A stretch of DNA of 51,769 nucleotides, filler included, from Porpidia crustulata (GCA_964255105.1; 2 parts of 2 records of this genome joined end to end with filler, not necessarily neighbours in it), one strand, 5' to 3'; positions 23,371-34,826 are shown, counted from the whole stretch's first letter. Notes: generated by a model from the sequence alone, not told the origin. Translations and numbers: made by a program.

Positions 23371-24153
23371 TCATTGCATGTACGGTAACCTCTGCCTCGC
23401 AAAATGCAAGCCCGCAGCCCAGTGAAACAACTTGGCCGAAACGACCGTCTTCTCTTGCTTCGAATACTCCAGTAACCTCTCATAAAGCTCATCCAGCGGC
23501 ACCACCGCGCGCTTAATATACTCCCCATCATCAAGATGCTGCTCAGGCTCCTCATCCTCCTCGCTCAACCGGATCTCCACCATCACCAGCTGCAAATTCG
23601 CCGACGTCATGCCCGGATCGAACGCCAGCACGGGGCTCACGTCCAAAACCCGACCCGAGTATCCCGTCTCCTCCCGCAGTTCCCGCACCGCGGCGTCTTC
23701 GGGCGGTTCGTCGGCGTTGATCAGACCGGCGGGCCATTCGACCGTGGTGGCGTCGACGGGTGGCCGGTATTGCAGGACGAGGATGGTGGAGGGTGGGCGC
23801 GAGGGGTGGAGGATGATGGTGCCCATGGCGACGACGTCGACGCCGGCTTTGCTGCGTGTTTTCCGGGATGTGGCTTCCCAGATGCGGTGACGTCCTTTTT
23901 GGTCGGTGTAGCTGATTTTCTTGAGTGCGACCCATTTTGCTTCGGAGGTGGGGAGGTCGGCGATGGCGGTGATTTTGGGTTGTTGATCTTGGTGCGACAT
24001 GTCGAAGCACCTGGAAATGTACAATTGAAATTCAGATGACTGATGGGACTGATGGGAGGGCAATTGAGATTTTCGAGCGCTGAGAGACCTCAAATTCCGA
24101 ACGGAGAAGCGAGGGAAGACGCCGGTAAACTTGAGAGCGTTCATTTGTGGCAC
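23371..24153 (-). CDS. Nudix hydrolase, ADP-ribose pyrophosphatase (NUDT5/Ysa1)-like; alternative internal start at 24000
   Basis: Nudix box GLINADEPPEDAAVRELREETGY. AKWVALKKISYTDQKG..WE..RKT, LQYRPP, DPGMT and LDDGEYI are characteristic of NUDT5/Ysa1. Confidence 0.92.
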   Translation of the reverse strand: MPQMNALKFTGVFPRFSVRNLRSLSARKSQLPSHQSHQSSEFQLYISRCFDMSHQDQQPKITAIADLPTSEAKWVALKKISYTDQKGRHRIWEATSRKTRSKAGVDVVAMGTIILHPSRPPSTILVLQYRPPVDATTVEWPAGLINADEPPEDAAVRELREETGYSGRVLDVSPVLAFDPGMTSANLQLVMVEIRLSEEDEEPEQHLDDGEYIKRAVVPLDELYERLLEYSKQEKTVVSAKLFHWAAGLHFARQRLPYMQ

Positions 24154-24851
24154 GTGCCGAGGTGCATTGTTGCGACAAAGTCAAGATCCCGGGGACCTCG
24201 AAGATCTTCACTCAAGTTGCATTGACAGGCATAATGCGCAAGCGCAGACAAATTTGCCCGCGAGAGATACGGACAGCCAACAAGACGGCCGGAGGCTGAT
24301 GTACCCAACATGCAAGCAGTCGCCGCTTTTTTGAAAAGAACGGCTCAATGGGAGGAGCTGATAGCGAGGTTTACTCATGGGAAGCCGTAATAGTGGAGGA
24401 AATGTGCATTCGAAATGGCGAAAAGAAGTCAAAAGACCGAATTGAAGCGGAAGCAGGAGATAGACTTTCCCTAGAGCTAGCATCAGGTGGGCTTCATCGC
24501 TTCGATTAACCAATCTGGCAACACAGAAGCGTACCACAACCCGGTCTCCCGAACATCTCCATATCCTTCGAATGAGCGTAGCAGTAGCACTCACACAAAG
24601 CGGTCTTTGGGCCTCGACAACAGTAAAGACGAGACGATCAGTTCCGCGGATCATACTGCACGGACTCGAATCCTCCACCGCCTCTCTGATCGCCTATCAC
24701 TACTGTCGAGTTCTGACTCCGGATAACACTCATTCGGGCGCGACGGCCACGAGTTAGAACGTGTGGGGTTCAGAGTAGCTTTAGAGCTGAAAGCCGGTTC
24801 ACTATGGGTGCAAAGGTTGTCTAGGGATACCTCTCAGTCTCCGCTAGATCG

Positions 24852-24972
24852 TACTCGTACTCACCCCCTCAACGGAATAACTGGGCTCAAACTAGTGGAA
24901 ATAACCCTAAGCCTAACCCTACGCCTGCTGTTCCTTTGAGGGGTGTGTTCCGTTGAGGGGTGAATCCGAGTA
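24852..24972. mobile_element. Second MITE-like element, related to 189-288
   Basis: The left end TACTCGTACTCACCCCCTCAACGGAA and the right end TTCCGTTGAGGGGTGAATCCGAGTA are imperfect inverted repeats with TA termini. The centre contains AACCCTAAGCCTAACCCT. Confidence 0.55.
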
Positions 24973-25860
24973 CGTCGCCCCAAGACCAGTAGCAATATAC
25001 AGATTTGGCGGCATCCATAGACATGGGCCCTACGAGGACGTGAATGACTACAAATGTCGAGGTGAAAATCATGTATCAAGGGATTTAATGCGTTTCGTTC
25101 ATTCAACTGACGCTCGTTTATGTGCAGATCTAACATTTGCTCAGGTTTACGTTCCCCCCTCCTCAATCCAGCTTTACTGTTATATATCTAATTCTTCTAT
25201 CTCTTCTTCGTCTCTGCACCATACGCGTCTTAATATCATTTAAAATCATAAAGCATTTAAAATCGGCACTCGCCCTCCCACTTCGCAAAATCCATTCCTT
25301 TCATTCCCTCCATCGACTCCTAACCGTCTACACTAACCCGACGCCACCACCGCCAGCATCACCTATGAATCCCACAAGACCACCACACTCATCGCCATCC
25401 TCCTCATATCACCTCTCCCATCGCTTCCATTGAAATACCATTGTAAATCGCAGCCATCTTCAGCCCCACGCCGCCGTGATCGGAGACCCTACAGATCTAA
25501 CATTACATCCCGACCGCACACTGAAAAAAAAAAAACCAACGATAACAGAGCTACAATCATAGCATTCGGAAAGCGATGAAAAAATACCTGCGCAATGTTA
25601 TAAGAGATTTAAAACAAAGTCGAAAAGCTTACCTATGTTCAAGCCGCTTGACCCACCCCGAGTCTTTGAAACTAGTGGGAACGAGGATCTGCTGGAAGTT
25701 ATGTGTATATTGGATACAGAAAAGATATGGACGAAACGGAGGCGATTCGTAGGACTGAGATATTTAGACGATGTTAGGTTCTCTGCGCACGGTTTATGTG
25801 AACAGCGTCTACTATGAATAACCGTTGAACCCCCCCCTATCAAACCTCACCATGCTTATC

Positions 25861-25960
25861 NNNNNNNNNNNNNNNNNNNNNNNNNNNNNNNNNNNNNNNN
25901 NNNNTTAATTAATTAANNNNNNNNNNNNNNNNNNNNNNNNNNNNNNNNNNNNNNNNNNNN
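25861..25960. other. Artificial assembly spacer/gap
   Basis: 44 N + TTAATTAATTAA (stops in all six frames, 25905-25916) + 44 N = 100 nt. Confidence 0.97.
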
Positions 25961-27782
25961 AACTAGGAGTCATCATTGAGTCTGTCAAAGCCATCGACCA
26001 CGACGAGGTGGAGAGTTTCAAGGCATCCATATGGCCAGTAATTGAGGAAGCCGGTCGTCAGATGGATGCTCATGCCAGGATCATGTCGCCAGCTGCCATC
26101 TTGATTGTTAATCCAGGCGCCCTTCCGAGATCAGACAAGGGAACTATCCTCCGAAATGTGGTGGCAAAGAAATTTGCCGAAGAGATAGCGGGCGTATATC
26201 GTAATCTCGAGGCCAGCGTGGACGCGCCTCCTCTTGACTTGTCCTCGCTCCGGTCAAGCATCAGGGCTCTAGTGCCAGAAAACGCCAATTGGCAAGCCCC
26301 TGGCAATGACTGGCTCGACGACGATGACTTCTTTGCGCGGGGCATGGACAGCCTCCAGGCAACTCAGCTGCGAAGGTTCCTGACAGCCTCGGTACGCGCG
26401 ACACACACTGCGTCCGGGTTCGAAGCGGACCATATCCTGTCCGTCGACAAGATCACCGACGACATTGTGTATCTACACCCATCTGTCAGCATGCTTGTTG
26501 AGGCACTGATACCAAAACGCCCGGCGGCGAACGGGATCGTACTTGAAACGGAACTCGTCGAACAGCTAGTTGAGAAGTACTCGGGTAGACGTGACCACGG
26601 ACAACAACAAAAGAAAGCCGTCGTCGTGCTTACAGGCGCTACTGGAAGTCTGGGATCATTTTTCCTTGGGGAGCTTCTCATGGATGATTCCGTGGGTTGC
26701 ATCATCTGTCTGAACAGACCTGGGAAAGAAAATTCAATCGAAGCTCTGAGATCACGGGATATCTCGGTCAGTGATGAGATGTGGGCCAAAGTTGAGATAC
26801 GCCAGACGAGTACAGCGGCCCGATGCCTCGGGTTGGAAGAGTCCGAGTACGAGCGCCTAGCGACTGAAGTGACTCACATGGTACACATTGCGTGGCCGAT
26901 GAATTTCAAGATGGGCCTGCAGTCTTTCGATGCTTCGTTTAGAAGTCTGCAAAACCTGATCCAGCTGGCGCACAAGGCACACTTTTACCATCATCGGACA
27001 AAACCAAGGGTGCTGTTCATATCTTCCATCTCCACTGTTGGCAACTATCCATCCGTTCAGGGGGGGGCTCTGGTCCCTGAAGTCATTGTCAAGGACCCGA
27101 CCTGGACGCTCAAATTCGGCTATGCCAAAGCCAAGCTCGTATGCGAGAAAATGATCGAACGCGCGACTAATGATTACCCTGAGATTGAGGCCGGACTGGT
27201 CAGAGTTGGGCAGATCGCAGGCGCCAGCAGTGGCTATTGGAACGCCAATGAACACTTCGTCGCCGTCTGCGCCTCGTCCCAGAAGATGGGCAAGTTTCCC
27301 GATCTACGTGGGGTAAGTCCAGCGCCAAATTCTCATCCGTCTACATACCATTCGTCCCACTGATATCCGTGAAACAGACATTGTCCTGGCTACCAGTTGA
27401 CTCAGCTGCCAAAGCTATCGCTGAGATTCTCTTTGATCATCTCCCGCTCCAACTGGTCTACCATCTGGAAAACCCTGTCCGACAGAGCTGGAAAGAGGTA
27501 GTAATGCTCATGTCCAAGGAGCTCCAGATACCTAGCTCGTCCATCATCCCACTGGAACATTGGCTGGACCTCGTTGCGTCTGCACCAGGACCAGGCAACC
27601 CCGCCGCGAGCCTCATACAATTTCTTCGAAACGATTTTCTTAAAATGTCGTGCGGGTCTGTAGTTCTGGATACATCCATCTCGCGCAATGTGAGTTTAAC
27701 TATGGCCAACATGGGACCTGTGGGAGAGAATGCCATCAGGGCCTACATCTCTTACTGGAGGAGGATGCAGCTATTTAAATAA
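25961..27782 (+). CDS. NRPS-like adenylate-forming (carboxylic acid) reductase A-T-R, 5' part lost in the gap
   Basis: A-domain end LPRSDKGTILR, T domain DFFARGMDSL, R domain VVVLTGATGSLG, HIAWPMNF, FISSIS, GYAKAK (YxxxK), RVGQIAG. After an intron: LSWLPVD..YHLENP. Confidence 0.92.
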
Positions 27783-28224
27783 GGTTCCAAATGTCAAGGC
27801 CCTGGCCTATATTTCAAATATATTGTCGCTCGTAATAACTTGTTGTTAAGGACCTCCAACCCCGGCCGAGCGCCCATCCCGCATTCCTTCTCTTCGAACA
27901 CAAGCCAATCCCCAGGACGATATTGCCATGCCTAGCATCGGTATCGCATTTGAGCACAGTCTGAGGAGAGTCCGGGAAGATCACAAAGACAAGGAGAGAG
28001 GCCGCCTTGCGAAGATAACCCAGATTTGGGATGACAGAGGAGGAGGCAGGACGAGCGACGCCGGAACATATGCGCGAGATGTACAAAAGATTGGTCGCAG
28101 ACCAGCTGGTAGGCGTCTATACTCCATCTCCATCACTATTGATTCCGCCAACGCCTAGATCGATCGAGTACGACCACCCAAAAATCGCGGAGTATTCTAC
28201 TAAAGTGCCACTCCAGCAAGAGAT

Positions 28225-28815
28225 CAGCCCTTCTCTGAATGGATTCAATAGAGCCTGCATCTGAATCTACGTCAGAGAAGTCGACTAAATTGGGTAGGGG
28301 GAGCTTGAATTTATATACTCCGGCAATTCTTCTACCAATTGAGAGTCTCCAAGTCTAATCAGAACCCCTTCGTCGCCGTAAACCTTTTGATCTAAATCAT
28401 CAACTACCCTCTCAAGCTCTTAACGTACTGTACTAGCTCAGGTAGACCTCTGCCGTACAACGTAACTGCTCTATGATTATTGGGTTCTTGTCAGGCCGTC
28501 GTATTAGCACCATATTTCTTAGTTCTGGGAGGCTCTATTTCGTAGTACACTCAGCAAGACAAGCTAACCCGGCCTTATCATCCTTACGAGCCTGGGTTCC
28601 TTGAGTATTAAGCTCCTTCTTGGCCTTGTCTAATTGCTTGAACCAATGTTCTCTCTGCCTCGCGAAGCTTCTCTCCCCCCTCCCTTTCATCTCTAATTCT
28701 TATTTTGCGTGTCCTTCCGGCGATGGATGTAGACTGGATTAGTCATTTTTCTTCCCCTTCTTGGAACTTACCAGCGCTTTGCGCTTCCGTTGTTGTTGTT
28801 ATCGAGCATGCTGTT
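28225..28815 (-). mobile_element. Degenerate C-terminal fragment of a probable pogo/Fot1-type DDE transposase
   Basis: Broken minus-strand translation IRIRDEREGGEKLREAERTLVQAI/KAKKELNTQGTQARKDDKA..PELRNMVLIRRPDKNP...SDVDSDAGSIESIQRRAD resembles from memory the charged C-terminal tail of fungal pogo-like transposases. It contains stops and frameshifts. Confidence 0.4.
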
Positions 28816-30082
28816 TATACAAGGAAGGATACGAGATTTAGTATTAGAAGTGTGATTGTATGATTAATAATATCATCTCGTTTTGATCGTCTATTTAAAC
28901 ATGATCTGATAATGACGATGAGGACTTGAGTCTTAAGAGAGAGATGCGAATGAAATTACTATATAATGTGTTAAAGCGCGGTGTTCATCGAGGACCGGAT
29001 CATGATCGTCTGTGTAATGATGGTCATTTGCTTAGATAGGAGCTTTGTACACAACTCTTTCCATAGTCAATACAGTCCACTGTCGTCTGCAATATCACTA
29101 GACCATAGTCTAGTAGCAAGGAGCTACAAATCGCTCTGTTTACATCTTGTGTTATTACACCCGTTACTAAAATGCTGACGTTTATTTAAAGTTATTCGGA
29201 GTCTATTTGAGGTAGCTTCATCTGGCGGGGCCATGACTGCAATGAGGTAGATTGGCAAGCTAGGCATGAACTCCACGAAGAGCTAGAAGCTGAAGAAGGA
29301 TGGTTGGGGGCTCGGGGGCGCTAGTCCCAACGTGACCTAGCTGCGGGCCCAAGCCCTAGGACCCGGGGTGCCGGGTCAATCTTAATTAGATCTAGGTCAA
29401 ATCTGCCAGAACCTGAAGATACAGAGAGTTTATCGTCACACAAGTCGTATGATGTGCATCTTTTCGATCTCATCTGAAATGATACTGCGGACGTAATAAC
29501 TTTGATGAAGAAGAAAAGATGACGAAGAATTTCTGACTATTGGTGATAAAATTCATTTCTTATCTCTTTTACATGTTTATAAATAGAAGTCCTATGATCA
29601 TAACTGTTGAAAAGTGCGGTAGGACGAAGGCCTTACCTCCTCATTATCTAGTCGGTGTGAATGGATGGATTGGATCTAGTGGTAGGGCTCTGCCCTACCC
29701 CTGTCTTATGTGACCACCTGGCCACTCAAGTTTTCAGTTCTGTACGTAATTCAGTAGCAATACTACGACAGTCACCCTGCCTGTTCAACAACAACGATGA
29801 ATAAGTTAAATATGACAGATCAAAAGCGAAGCTCCATCGAAAGACTGCTTGGGGCCCCCCTCAGCAGATCTCCAGCCGTTTGTTTCCGGCCTTTCATGCA
29901 CCAATCCTTGTAGATAGTAAAGCTGAGGATGCTGACACCAACAACCGTCAATCGACAATTCCATCAAGCCTCCACAAGCTGATCAACAGCGTTTTAGATG
30001 AAGAGCTGGGTATGCTGACTGCCGCTAGTCCTGGGTCTAGACCAATAGTGCATTTGAAACCGGCTTGTGGCAGGCATTCAAT

Positions 30083-30109
30083 GGACCCGAGTTATCAACG
30101 GACCCGAGT
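30083..30109 (+). promoter_or_regulatory. Paired GGACCCGAGT motif upstream of the FAD oxidase
   Basis: Exact copies at 30083-30092 and 30100-30109; the motif recurs in three other cluster promoters. Confidence 0.65.
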
Positions 30110-30539
30110 CACCAAGCCCCTCGCGCCTTCGCTCCTCGGAAACACGTACAACCCACCCTAAACAAACATTGTCTAGCGGGGCGTTACAAGGGGTAAGACC
30201 AGGGCGTGCAGCGAGGTGCAGCGAGTAAGATCTGCTGCATATGTCGCGTGGAAACTAAGCAGGGTCCTCTGGGTACCTACATTCCGCCTCGCCTCGGCAG
30301 AGCGAGCTGGGTCAGCTCCTTGTGAGACTGATCAAGCACTAGACCCACTATCGATTTCGGAGTAGCCTACAGCCCACCGGGCACAACAATAGAAGGAGAA
30401 GGATCTGGCTCCGCCGTCACCCACCCGCGGCACAGCCACGAGAAACATGGGCATGGCTTCATCGTAAGATTGGGGGGGCGCTGTAAGCAGCAGAGTGAGG
30501 CATGGCTACCCGTGCGGCGTCGAGAGCGCAAGAGAGCAA

Positions 30540-30546
30540 TATAAAA
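30540..30546 (+). promoter_or_regulatory. Putative TATA box
   Basis: TATAAAA about 115 bp upstream of ATG 30655. Confidence 0.45.
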
Positions 30547-30654
30547 GGGAGCGATCATCTTTTTGCCAAAGAAGATTCATGAAGTATTGATTTGACAAGT
30601 CTGAATCGATCATTCTCCTGTAGCCTGGCTCATTTCAGTTTCCAACCACAGACA

Positions 30655-32565
30655 ATGACCCGCCTCACATTTCTTCAAGCCTTGCCGGCGTTCCTAGCCA
30701 CCTTTCAGACCGTGTCGAGCACACCGTTGACCTTTGGAGGCCTTCATCCGCGGAATGAGCCCCAATCTAACCACACGGTCTGGCCCACAGACGTGGCTGG
30801 TCTGGCCCATGACCAAACTTGGCCCAACTTCGCGAACAAGACGTCGCGGTGGTCCTCGTACCTACCCCCGAGTTTTAATGAAGTATTCCTTCCGAAAACT
30901 GAGAAAGATCTTTCCCTTGGCGTGAGTACATTGTCCTTTGTGTCCAATACTTCCATATCAGGGGAGAGATGTAGACTGAAAGTACGCGGTGTGTAGCTTC
31001 AATACATGTCAAGCAATCACTTGCCCTGGCTGGCTAAGTCGGGAGGCCACGGATATTCTCCAACCCTCCACGCGATTCAAAATGCCGTCTTGATCAACAT
31101 GGAGAACTTCAACTACGTCAGGGTGGAAGGCGATGGCAGCGCTGTCGTAGGTACCGGCACGCTTTTCGGCGATCTCATAGACAGTGTAGCCGCTGCGGGT
31201 AGAGAGCTGAGTAAGTCATTCCAGCCGCGAATATCTTGTGCTCATTCTAACCTTCACACAGCCGTGGGTTCATGTCCCTGCGTGGTCAGTGATAATTCCG
31301 TTACTATTCTATTCTTTTAGGCTGTCCTTGAAGCTGCGAGACGTTCTCTAATCCTGGAACTTGTCTTAAATCTCAAGAGATATCCATTTATGGCAATCGC
31401 TAACACGAATTTGTCACAGGGTTCAACTGGCGCCATGCTCGGTGGTGGTCTCGGGCGTCTTCAGGGCCTCCATGGCCTGACGAGCGACGCTCTTCGTAAA
31501 GTCCGCGTGGCCTTGTGGAATGGCACCATTGTTGAAGCTTCCAATGAAGTCAACCAAGACTTGTTCTGGGGCATAAGGGGCTCAGGCCAGAACTACGGCA
31601 TCGTTATAGAATCCACATACGAGACTTGGCCCGCGACCAATGGAGGCATGCACTACAACGCAGACATGATCTTTACCAAAGACTCCGTGGAACGGATCGT
31701 GGAAATCATTAATAACCTGACGACTCCCGCATTAGATTCTAAATTGGGCTTCGTTGTTTTTTTCGCATCAGATGCCGCAACGTCCAAGGTACGTGGAGTG
31801 TCCCTGGCCGCGTGTCATTCCATCTCCATGTTTGTTGCTACATTTCATCGCTGACCTATCAAGCTTACTGTCGTTGTCAATATCGTATATGCTGGTTCAA
31901 AGGAGGAGGGTCGGAAGTATACCAAACTATTCTCGTCTTTCAGCCTGAGTCTCGCGGAGAGCATGCTTCCGTGGGCAGAACTACCCACGAAATCAGTTCT
32001 TGGTCTCATCCCTGCGTCCTGCGCCGAGGGACGACGATATAACCTCTACAGCGTGATCACCAGGACTTTGGACCCGAAAAGTTTCGTCAAGTTCAGCAAC
32101 GATTTCGAGAAGTTTTTGCAAGACTACCCTCCGGCCAACGGATCCGCCATGATGCTCGAGACGTTCCCCGTCCAGGGCGTCGAGGCGCTTCCAGACGACT
32201 ATTCCGCCTTTCCCCATCGCAAGAATTTTCACAACCACATCGAATCCATTGGGTCGTACACGGATGACTCTGTGGCAGACGCTGTGGACAACTTCTTCCG
32301 TGGGTGGCGCGACAGATTCGCTGAACCCGCCATTTCCGGCTACGGCGAGCTCCACGTCTACCAGAACTACGCTCACGATGACGAGCCCTTGTCGGCCCTT
32401 TACGGATACCAGGAGTGGCGCCACGAGCGTCTGACACATCTGAAGAACACCTATGATCCTCACGGTTTCTTCAATGGGTACCACCCTGTGCCTTCCGATG
32501 TCGCAAAGTGGGGAGAACGACAAGACACCAAGGACAACAAGACGAATGGAGGGAAATATGCATAG
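30655..32565 (+). CDS. BBE-like/VAO-fold FAD-linked oxidoreductase with signal peptide, spliced
   Basis: MTRLTFLQALPAFLATFQTVSS signal-like N-terminus, AKSGGHG (His for covalent FAD), VGSCPCV|G (second FAD-linking Cys), LGGGLGRLQGLHGLTSD, DLFWGIRGSGQNYGIV, YQNYAH..YG..RL..LKNTYDPHGFF. Confidence 0.92.
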
Positions 32566-33094
32566 ACAGAAGAACTGGCGGAGGTGTATCTTACAATGAA
32601 ATTTTATTTCTCGTACGGGTTCTAGTTCTTGGTCTCGACTGCCGCGGTTTCTCGGGGACGTTAAGGAGGAGGTGTAGGGGTAAAATTACCTCAATCATGC
32701 CGAATCAGTACCCTTTCCGTTCCTTTTGTCCTTCAAAGCCATTAGCTGTAGTCGTCTCTTTGTTACCACCAATTGAATTCTCATGGCTGATGCTTTGTTG
32801 GTGCTACGTTTACCCCCTTCACCATACTTGTGTCAGAACATGGAGTAGTGGCATGAATACCTATACCTAGCTGAGTAATACCAGCATGGTATAGAGTGTA
32901 TACCTATATATACTGGCCACGTGTATCCATAGTAATTTTTCAATTTTGTGGTTACGAGTAAGCGAGATAACCCCGCGAGGGGTCACCTGACAGCCAGGCA
33001 TCTGAACCTTTCAGCCTCGTGGTGTCGAAATTTTCAGCCTCCTCGTAAGACTATCGCACTCACGACGCGGCAAGAAAAGCCCAATATAACGGGC

Positions 33095-34697
33095 ATGACG
33101 CTGCAATTCATCGATCAGGGTGCGATCGGGATAGGTCCGTCGGAGTCCGACCGGCGCATCATTCGTTCCCATGTTATGAGAGGCAAGAATGCGGGCAGAC
33201 CACGCCCGTCGACGAGAAAACAAACAACTATTGTTCATGGTAAACGGGTTCGGACCGCCCCCGGCATACTAGGATCAGGATACTCGAAACTGGGACGACA
33301 GCTGCTCTGGAACGATCTGTGTCTCACATCGTTCCCGCAACAGCTTGACTCGGAATCTACCAAACTCATGCATCGATGTACATTCAGCGTTCTACTTTCA
33401 ATCCCTGCACTCTTTCCTTCGTCTTCGCTTACATACTCCTCTCAGGGTTCTTTGACATTAGCGATGCGCTGTTTCCGCCCCAATTCTGCTCGAAATTCGA
33501 CATCGTCAAGTCGATTTGGGTTAATTATGTCCTGGTAGATGAAGCATGTGAGTAACGTATCTAAATGCCACGTTCATTCACCAACGTTAATACCTTACCC
33601 CCCAGACTTCCACAGCACGTTGGCTATATCAGCGTCTTACGTCGACTTCTTCGAGCGTAAGCCTGGAATATCCTCCAAAACTCTACATCACATTTCACAG
33701 GCGTATGCGTTAGTCAACCTAAAGCTGTCGGGCCCTGAATCCATTTCAGACAGCGCTATAGCTGCTGTGGTTACCCTCGCCATCTACCAACAGATACATC
33801 ATCTGCACTCTACTGGCTTGATACACCTCAACGGGCTCTATCGAATGATCCAGCTACGGGGAGGAATCGCCAGACTGATGAAAGAGAACCGTGCATTGGC
33901 GCTGAAGCCATTGAGGTACGTGTATATGCTTGCATTTGCGGTTCTTTCTTTTTGTCTCTTTCCTTTTTGAAGCGAAAAGTCTTACGATTACCAGGCTTGA
34001 CGTCGAGTTGGCGTTGCAAACTGGGTTACCTACTGTGTTTCGCAGCGACGCAGTAATACTTACGAACGGCGTCTCAGGCGATTCTTGCGTTATCAAGGAG
34101 CAGCTCCTAAGCACTACCTCCAGGCTTTCACGTATCATGATCAGTATCGTCAGCTTCGCCAGCCTCCTCAACGGCAAGGAGAGGGAGGGCCGAACGAAGC
34201 TCGACCCGCTGAGTTTCACGGAAACGCTAGTATCACTCCTCTATCGTCTGATAGAGGTCGCTCCTCTGGGGCAACCACATCCCATGTTGGGAGGCCTCTA
34301 CGACGAGATGGCACATCTAGCAATGCTAGCATTCATGACCACCCTGCTCCCGGAATACGGCCGTGACGACTCCAGTCACCTTCTTTCTGATCGCCTGGAG
34401 AGCGCCATTCAGGATCTCCATGTCACGTCCGCAGACACCCAGGACAGCGGGTTCTCACTACTTTTGTGGACTCTGTTTATTGGCGGCGCATCAGTTTTGA
34501 AAGGCAAGGACCATCGGTGTTTAATCTTGGAGACTTGTGAACGACTGGAGCTATATGATTGGCCAGCTGTCCGTCGTCAGCTGTGTGGGTTTCCTTGGAT
34601 ACACACGCTGCACGACGTTCCTGGTCGATCCCTGTGGGAGAGTGCCCAGCATTGGAGCACTGAGGATTCACGAGAGCTCTTACAATTAGAATTCTGA
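33095..34697 (+). CDS. Fungal-specific transcription-factor-like protein with no visible Zn2Cys6 domain
   Basis: N-terminus FIDQG..DRRIIRSHVMRGKNAGR, followed by D.A.FHSTLA, AYALVNLKLS..SDSAIAAV, IHLNGLYRMIQLRGG, LLWTLFIGG, the pattern of fungal TF middle domains. It has 3 introns. Confidence 0.7.
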
Positions 34698-34826
34698 TCA
34701 TGGCAGGCTTCACCCCTACTTAGTCCTCATTCAAATAGTACACGTGGGCGTCACTATGAAATATTATGATTGGTTCAACGAGGATTTGGAACTGTCCGGT
34801 CATGATGTTTCCCCAGCATAGCGATT

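Noticed and set aside
25250..25860. Possible gene fragment or poly-A retro-insertion before the gap
   Set aside because: The frames are interrupted, no family was recognised and no target-site duplication was seen.
25905..25916. TTAATTAATTAA as a biological palindrome or piggyBac TTAA site
   Set aside because: It sits symmetrically within Ns and is a synthetic contig linker.
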